Shown here in pieces: positions 57,486 through 64,000 of a stretch of 64,000 bases of DNA. The stretch comes from Mayamaea pseudoterrestris (lineage: Eukaryota). A model generated the notes under the pieces. The model was not told where the DNA came from, did not search any database, and was given only the letters and a program-made list of their open reading frames with translations. The translations under genes and the position numbers were made by a program. The stretch is taken from contig BROI01000034.1 in the NCBI GenBank assembly GCA_027923505.1, positions 62,001 to 126,000 of the forward strand. Direction: 5' to 3'. Within the stretch, counting starts at the first letter, position 1. Every line of letters starts with the position of its first letter.

Positions 57486-58598
57486 ATGGTCGCCGACGGA
57501 AGACGGAAACGGATGGCTGCGCAGGAAGAAGTCTTACCGGTACTGTCAGCATCGCATCGACGCGAGAGCATTCATATCCGCTCCACAAGAAACCCAACGC
57601 AAGAGCGTCCGGAGTCGCAGATTTTCTCTCCAATGAATATGGAATCGGCATTTGTAAATGCGCAAACTGCACTTTTGGATCAAACATGGACGATTCATCG
57701 CGCAAGTCCATTGATAACGCCGCTGTCGCTTGCTGCCATTCAAGCATCCTTGTCGAGGACCAAAGATATGGATGCTCAGTGGCTCGTAATCGATAACGAG
57801 CACGACGACGATTCAAATACTCTCTGCGAGTCGTCTTTTGCGGGCGAAGCGACAGTTGCCGATAACGTAGCAGGACAACAGAACCCGATCAAACGACAGC
57901 GAATCGACAAGAGCGACGACGTTCCAAAGATCACATCGAACATGCAGCATTTGAGACTACGTCATCATGCCGACAGCAAAATCTCGGCCACTGTCGTCTT
58001 TTGTTTTGCGAAATGGACGAATGACGAGATATCCAAAGATCCAGCAGCTATTCAACGCTTTGAATTCTGCGTCGTGCGAGGCGCCAAGAGTTGCTACGAA
58101 AGCATCTTTTGCTGGATGGAGCAGATATCTGGTAACCACATGAACCGGCGACCCGTTTCGCTTCCACCGAGTTTCCTGGCGAACATGTTGTATGATTGGC
58201 TCGTTCAGATGCAGGAACAAACGGATCGGTCATTGTCGTCCGTGGAATTCAAGTTTGCACCTCCTGCAAGTGTCCAAGGAAAGAACGTCACCGACGTATT
58301 GTGCGCCTTTACCCCAACAGACTTGTATGCGCTGTGTCAACTTCAGATGGAACAAGAAGCCAAGGATGAAAATGCTGGCAAGATAGCTGCACTAGAGCAA
58401 CAACCGTTGTTGCTCCGAGCGGTGTATTTACATGCACGCGCCACCATGTGTATACGTTTGCAATACTTTATGCTTACACAAGTGACTTGGGAGGCCGCAG
58501 CGTTGGGCTCGGGTGGTCACGTGAAACCTAAGTGTGGCAAAAGTCTGGCGTCCTTACTGAAAGCGATAGGATCGTTTGTGGCTGGTGACAAGGAGTAG
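57486..58598 (+). CDS. Divergent CENP-L/Fta1-like kinetochore (CCAN) protein candidate
   Basis: Motif order resembles CENP-L: LLDQTWTIHRASPL; VVRGAKS..IFCW..PVSLPPSFLANMLYDW; VEFKF..P; AVYLH..IRL..LTQV..A..G..GHVK. The start may be 57486, 57513 or 57633. Confidence 0.6.
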   Translation: MVADGRRKRMAAQEEVLPVLSASHRRESIHIRSTRNPTQERPESQIFSPMNMESAFVNAQTALLDQTWTIHRASPLITPLSLAAIQASLSRTKDMDAQWLVIDNEHDDDSNTLCESSFAGEATVADNVAGQQNPIKRQRIDKSDDVPKITSNMQHLRLRHHADSKISATVVFCFAKWTNDEISKDPAAIQRFEFCVVRGAKSCYESIFCWMEQISGNHMNRRPVSLPPSFLANMLYDWLVQMQEQTDRSLSSVEFKFAPPASVQGKNVTDVLCAFTPTDLYALCQLQMEQEAKDENAGKIAALEQQPLLLRAVYLHARATMCIRLQYFMLTQVTWEAAALGSGGHVKPKCGKSLASLLKAIGSFVAGDKE

Positions 58599-59281
58599 TG
58601 GAATCGCCTAGGCAGATACAATAAAGTGATTGAGATATGTGAGATACAATTGTCACTTCAGCCACCTAAACTGAATCAATCTTTCAATCGTTTACTAGTA
58701 CGCTCAATCACCCCCACTTTTATAAGAATCACAGGTAGTATAGGTGTAACACCTTGCGATGCTGTGTTTGCATGAACTACCTACCAAGTCACATCAACTC
58801 GTGTCATCAGAGTGTGATGCTTCCTTTCTGTTCAAACCACAATCATGTACCAAATCAACACCAACAATGTATTGGCTAAAGGACAATCCTCTGGAGCTAC
58901 CGGTATCATACCGGTACATACCATGGTCATCAATACAATGTTTCCACAATGCCATTGACATTTCGATTGTGACTTCACGAATTCCGAAGAACACACGATC
59001 ATCGACCACACGATTTTCGAACTCGCAATTCACAATCGTCAGCGGCATCAGAACATCCGACGATGGTGGGTCACACTCGTGGTGGAGAGCAAAGATAATC
59101 TCTGGGACCTCCCACTTCATGAAACAACAAACCGGCTCACTTGGTGTTTATTACAAAGTGTGCTTGAACGAAGGTGACTGACAGCAAGCTACAGAGGTGC
59201 TTCCATAAAAGTAGCCGACCAGAGTCGAGTGATCCATCTGGAGCCGCAAGCAAAGTACTTTTTTTGTGGCTACCTTTCATC

Positions 59282-60599
59282 ATGCCGACCCCTAACTGGC
59301 TCACAGCGTGGGTCAAAATTAATGCCAAGCATGGAGTGCATCCCGACTTTGCCGAAAAGATATCAGATTACAAGGCGTCGTCCTCAAAGGCTTCGACGGC
59401 ACGAATTTCCGAAGATTCGTCAACTGCGTCGTCTTCTGGGGCAATCAAGCAACGTTCCATTAGCAAACGAAGCCGAGGAAAGGGTTTACAGAGAACATTG
59501 TCCGCATCGGACCTCATTCGAGAGGCAGCCGCGACGTCGAGCTCGGGGTCGTTCAGCAAGAGAGACTTGTTGAGCGATGCCAACAGAGGTCAAACAATGG
59601 CATCATCGCGTCATGATCAGGACGCTGATACATTGTCAACTGCGAAGTCTTCAATAGACATGCTTCTTCCCGACTCATCGCATGGAGCGACGTTTCTGGA
59701 TGAGATTAGTTTCACGCCAAAGCCGGATCAGAAGCATGTTCTACAAGGTCGCAGTGCAATTTCTGTCAATAGCAAAACGATGCTGGAGCCTAGGCCAACG
59801 TTGACTAGGCAATCATACGCGCCTCCACCTGCACCACAGACTCTTCCCATGACCGCTTTTGCTGGTATGTTGCTTCCTCATCCATTCTTTGCGAATCAGC
59901 AAGTCTGCCATCAATGCAGCTCCTACAGTTCGCAACTGGAACGATTGCATGACGACTTGGAGTACATGCGCAAGCTGACACTCCAGCGCGAAGCAGAGGA
60001 GCGTGTTGCGGTTGCGAGGAAACACGTGCCATCGCACCAGCAAATCATGCCTTCCGTGGCGTCAAAGCAACTAGCCGAGGTCACAATGAGGCAAAGGAAA
60101 CAGGTCGAGCAACTCATGAAAGAACGTGTAAGTCTTCTTGGTTTATGTGCAATGTTACAATATCCAGTTAAAGATTCTCACACTTCCTCTTTCGCAATAG
60201 TTTCGCTGGCAGCAAGACATGCACTTCAAGTTGAGCAAGTTTGCAAATTTGTGCAAGGACCTCAATGAGGAATCTGCCGCTCGCAAATCAGAAGCTTTAT
60301 CGTTGAAGAAAGAGCTTCATACCGTCACGGAGGAGCGCAACGCCATGTCGGAAGACTTGTTTCGCCTTCGAGCAGTGGAGCAGTTGTATGTTCAGCAGCA
60401 GCTTGAGTTGGAGGAGATGAGAAAGCGAGTCGTCGCGTACGAGTCTACAGCAATGACGGAACATGCCAGAGCCATTCAATCTCGCGACAAAACAATCGAT
60501 GACTTGACTTGCAAGTTAGATCGAGTATTGTCGGAGCTCGAGTCGAGCCGATTGCAGGCTACTCAGAGGCGCGTTATTTTCCCTGATGCGAGACGATAG
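59282..60599 (+). CDS. Hypothetical coiled-coil protein; intron 60128-60200
   Basis: Ser-rich N-terminus and heptad-rich C-terminus. The GTAAGT..TAG intron joins KER|FRWQQDMHFKL in frame. Confidence 0.7.
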
Positions 60600-60709
60600 G
60601 GCCATAGGCTGAAACGTCTAGTACATTCGTGTATTTTGTTTATTATGTGTTGGTGTAGTTTCTAAAGCATCCGTCGGACATGCAACCATGGCTATGAGCG
60701 GTGGTGGGT

Positions 60710-62830
60710 TTAACGAATGACCGATCCAATCGTTTGAGGAAAGAGCAAGCCCCCTGTGCCTTCCTTTCCACTCGATTGCGGACCTGGAAACACTTGCCAA
60801 AATCGTAGCGTCTCATCTCCTGCTCCGGTAACAATGGTCGAACCGTCGGGCGAGATAGCAAGGTAGAGGACGCGGTAAGTGTGACCCGTCAGTGTCGCAA
60901 CCTTGCTCATGCTTGGGTAGCGCCATACCACAATCTGATTTAGACTATATCCGTGCGTGCTGACAATCTCATTCACATTATTCGACCATGCAAGGTTGCA
61001 AACTTGACTGCCCGTGTCAATCTTGTTCAAACTGGCACCACTAAGTGTGTTGAAAAAGCGAATGCAACGATCGGCTGTACCACCGCCACTAGCGAGAAGG
61101 CCATGTTGATGCGGCGACCAAGCAATCGCCTTAACGGCCGCTGTATGTTCAGTAAACTGGTGAAGGGGAAGTTGCGGGTTCCGACTATCAATGACGTGAA
61201 GGTGGTTGTCATTACCACCCGACGCAAGAAATGCAGGTTCGTCGTACGACCACTTCAACCCACAAACTTCCTGCTTGTGATTAGTAAGCTGATGAGTAAA
61301 TGCGTGCTGCGAACGAACGTCGCGAAGGTAAATTAGGCGATCGCGACTTCCACTGGCAAGCATTGGTCCTGTCCAAGCCAAAGCCCCAATGCGAGCCGTG
61401 TGTCCTGGCATGGTTCGTATTCGCTTGCACTTTACCGTATCCCAAAGATGTACTTCTCCGCGATTAGTACCAACTGCCAAGTGTGTTCCTCGTTGTGCCC
61501 ATGATACTGATGTCACAAGATCTTCCGACTCTGCCAAATCACAAAGCTTGGTCACCTTGGAAGTAGAAGCACTCCAAAGGTAGACGCACGAGCCAAGGCC
61601 AACGGCGAGAACATTTAGCGACGACCAATCAACCAAGTTCAGATAAAAATCATCTTGCAAAGCAGGCGCATCCAGCACCTTGAATGGAACTTTAGAAATG
61701 CGTCGCTTGCGTTTACAGGGAACGGCTAACAACCTCTGGCTGGCCGCACTCGCCGCTGGCATCAAGCTAAACGCATTGACTACAGCAGTCGGCCCGAGAG
61801 CCTCTGGAAATATGTTTTCTTGATAGAGTTGTCGCGGGCTCTGGAAACGAAAGCTGTTTCCAGCATTTCCGCGAGCCATGAGACCATTCTGTTGAAATGA
61901 AGAGTGCGACAGCGACGATGAAACTTCATTTTCTCGCAGTAGCTCCGACCGAAGTAGATTGTTTAACAGCAGTTGCTGCGACGGGGCACCAGTCGTGGTT
62001 GGGTTTGACGCTGAATCTTCCGCATCGTCTTGATCGTCGGCAGGGGAAGCATTGTCATTCGATGTGTTTCCTGATGTTGTACTATCTGTTCCTGAACTGC
62101 TCGACGTCCGACTCCACAGGTTGAAATTAAAGGAAGAGGTTGCTCTCGACGGAATAAATCGGTCTGACGCACCATAGTCCATGCTGCTCATGCTCATGCT
62201 TGACGACGGTGAACTGTTCACTCGTGAAGCACCAGCAACATGGCTATCCAAACTATCCGATCTCGCAAAAGGTAATGTCGGAGCAAAGAATTTTGAGTAT
62301 TGAGGCGGAGCATCAGTCTTGACTGGAGATTGCTGATGTTCCAAGGACAGATCCATCGGTGAACATTGTCCGTCGTCGTCGCAGCTAACAATCGAAGTAG
62401 GCCGGAAGATGGAAGAATCTCGATCGCGAGTAATTCCTGGAGGCAGTAGTAATTCCGACTCGGAAGCTCTAGTTGAAAACATCATGCTTCGCGTCCCTGC
62501 TGCCAAACGAGCCGCATAGCGGGGATCAAGCCTTGGTCGACGAGGCGAAGGAGGAGGAACTCGAATCAAAATGGGTTGTGCGTTGCGTTCCTTTGAGACG
62601 GATGCTTCCATCGGACTGCTCACCGACATGGACGAGCTGAGCGCTGATGATATTGTAGCCGGCGTAGTTTGCATCTTCATTAAAGGCAGTCGGGTCCGCA
62701 TGGGAGAAAGCGATTCTTTATGTAGATCAAAATTATCCTCATCGTCATAATCCTCATCTGCTTCCGGCGATACTGGAGCAACCAAAGGCAGATTGGCGCT
62801 GTCGTTGGTGAGGACCACCGCATCCAACAT
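60710..62830 (-). CDS. FZR1: APC/C co-activator CDH1/Fizzy-related
   Basis: C-box DRFIPSR, KVPFKVLDAPALQDDFYLNLVDWS, WD40 repeats and C-terminal IR tail. Confidence 0.93.
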   Translation of the reverse strand: MLDAVVLTNDSANLPLVAPVSPEADEDYDDEDNFDLHKESLSPMRTRLPLMKMQTTPATISSALSSSMSVSSPMEASVSKERNAQPILIRVPPPSPRRPRLDPRYAARLAAGTRSMMFSTRASESELLLPPGITRDRDSSIFRPTSIVSCDDDGQCSPMDLSLEHQQSPVKTDAPPQYSKFFAPTLPFARSDSLDSHVAGASRVNSSPSSSMSMSSMDYGASDRFIPSRATSSFNFNLWSRTSSSSGTDSTTSGNTSNDNASPADDQDDAEDSASNPTTTGAPSQQLLLNNLLRSELLRENEVSSSLSHSSFQQNGLMARGNAGNSFRFQSPRQLYQENIFPEALGPTAVVNAFSLMPAASAASQRLLAVPCKRKRRISKVPFKVLDAPALQDDFYLNLVDWSSLNVLAVGLGSCVYLWSASTSKVTKLCDLAESEDLVTSVSWAQRGTHLAVGTNRGEVHLWDTVKCKRIRTMPGHTARIGALAWTGPMLASGSRDRLIYLRDVRSQHAFTHQLTNHKQEVCGLKWSYDEPAFLASGGNDNHLHVIDSRNPQLPLHQFTEHTAAVKAIAWSPHQHGLLASGGGTADRCIRFFNTLSGASLNKIDTGSQVCNLAWSNNVNEIVSTHGYSLNQIVVWRYPSMSKVATLTGHTYRVLYLAISPDGSTIVTGAGDETLRFWQVFPGPQSSGKEGTGGLLFPQTIGSVIR

Positions 62831-63490
62831 GGTTGACTGTGATCGATAAATTAGTTTGTGTCGCCGAGTCAATCACAAGGAGAACCGTTTTTTAGCCTTG
62901 GCGATTGCCGCGTTTCTTTAGCAATATCTGTGCGACGCACTCGTGCCGACGATCAGTTCGCACCCCGAATAGTAGTCGACTATCGAGTCGCACACGCCAC
63001 CACACACAAGTAGATCAACAGAATAGCAAGCCTCTTGCAAGAATGCAGAGCATTTAAGATATAGCAATGGCCTTTCCTCTGTACAAATGAATGAGAAACC
63101 CAAATAAACACCAACTGCTCGGAGCTGGTGTTGGTTCCTCGTCAAAATTGTGTTAGCCGCGAGTGATTGCGCGTTGAATCGATGTGACTGCCGCCAACCG
63201 GTCTAAATAAATGAGAGCAAGCGGCATTGAATTCTCGCTGGCCCCATTGAATATTCGGTTAGTTAGCAGGCATTTTGAAACGGACGATTATGTCGTGCTT
63301 GACAAACTTTGCAAGTCTCGGAGTACCTATAACGTCATGCATCAATCTGAGAGTGTATGGAGTCGGCACATTGGTTCACGCGGGACCTTGAAACGAATTG
63401 TCGAGGGATAGGATGTACATGGCAAGCGGATTCGCGTAATCACAGCCTATTTATTTGATACTGGTAGCAAAAACATAAGAAGCCACAACT

Positions 63491-63940
63491 CTACTCCTTC
63501 TTTTCTTCATCTATAGCTAAAGGTGTGTCGTCGTCAATAGGTGCATCGTCGCCGACAGCAACATCCTTTGAAGACATGGGCTCTGGTGCTGGCGACGATC
63601 TTGGCAAATCTGGCGGCAAAGGCGACGGAGCTGAATTCAAGTTTGGATCAGTCAGATCATCGTCCAACGGCAACGGCGTAGATCCCGTGACATGCGGCTG
63701 ATGTTGGGAAGCATACATCGACATAACAGCGTCATTTGACGGTAACGCGGGAGCAATTGGCTGTAAATGATCGACGCCAGATGACATAGAGTGGCGCAAC
63801 ATACCGTCTGGATACATTGATGATGGACCATGATGAGCAGGTTCGCCAACTACCATACAAGTTTCGTTTGAAAAGGGTTCGACTGCGTAGGACGCTGGTA
63901 AACCTTGGATTTTTAAGTTGAGTCGTCGCAAGGTCATGAA
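63491..63940 (-). CDS. Last exon of an unidentified gene that begins beyond the right edge
   Basis: Acceptor-like TTTCTCCGTTGCAG precedes FMTLRRLNLKIQG...; low-complexity Pro/Ser/Asp tail ending EEKKE*. Confidence 0.55.
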   Translation of the reverse strand, partial: FMTLRRLNLKIQGLPASYAVEPFSNETCMVVGEPAHHGPSSMYPDGMLRHSMSSGVDHLQPIAPALPSNDAVMSMYASQHQPHVTGSTPLPLDDDLTDPNLNSAPSPLPPDLPRSSPAPEPMSSKDVAVGDDAPIDDDTPLAIDEEKKE

Positions 63941-64000
63941 CTGCAACGGAGAAATTCAATTTTGAGATAATGTTTTGGATTGGAAGCAAAGCGAATGACG

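Noticed and set aside
58759..59181. Overlapping 140-aa and 108-aa ORFs in an intergenic gap, and other antisense shadow ORFs across the window
   Set aside because: No recognisable motifs; most overlap well-supported genes in another frame or on the opposite strand.

Overview
Eukaryotic, intron-containing, gene-dense DNA with compact intergenic spaces. The gene set and an ASAF-like plastid-targeting motif suggest a diatom or other stramenopile; the taxon is inferred, not proven. Bases 1-~11650 are the right end of a non-coding satellite array of about 34 monomers of ~345-346 bp. Each monomer contains two ~170/176-bp halves that carry homologous, covarying hairpins. The monomers form a 16-monomer (~5.52 kb) higher-order repeat, are strongly CpG-decayed, and end abruptly ~310 bp before the first gene. 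The remaining 52 kb holds about 25 genes: histidine phosphatase, galectin-RRM fusion, TRPC4AP, MYND-UBE3D, GRX5, Obg, DNA2, a ppGalNAc-T-like/core-1-synthase fusion, a TPR protein, RF1, a PDZ protein with an in-frame TGA, an RCC1-repeat protein, URB2, an NDK-like protein, bL28m, MTR4 (hosting an intronic box C/D snoRNA antisense to 18S rRNA), an HMG-box gene, SDHAF1, NUFIP1, Costars, RPA43, a divergent CENP-L-like protein and CDH1/FZR1. The most notable items are the alpha-satellite-like HOR array (candidate centromere or subtelomere), the CENP-L candidate, the GT27-GT31 fusion, the intronic snoRNA and the galectin-RRM protein. All family calls come from motif recognition by eye; no database searches were run.
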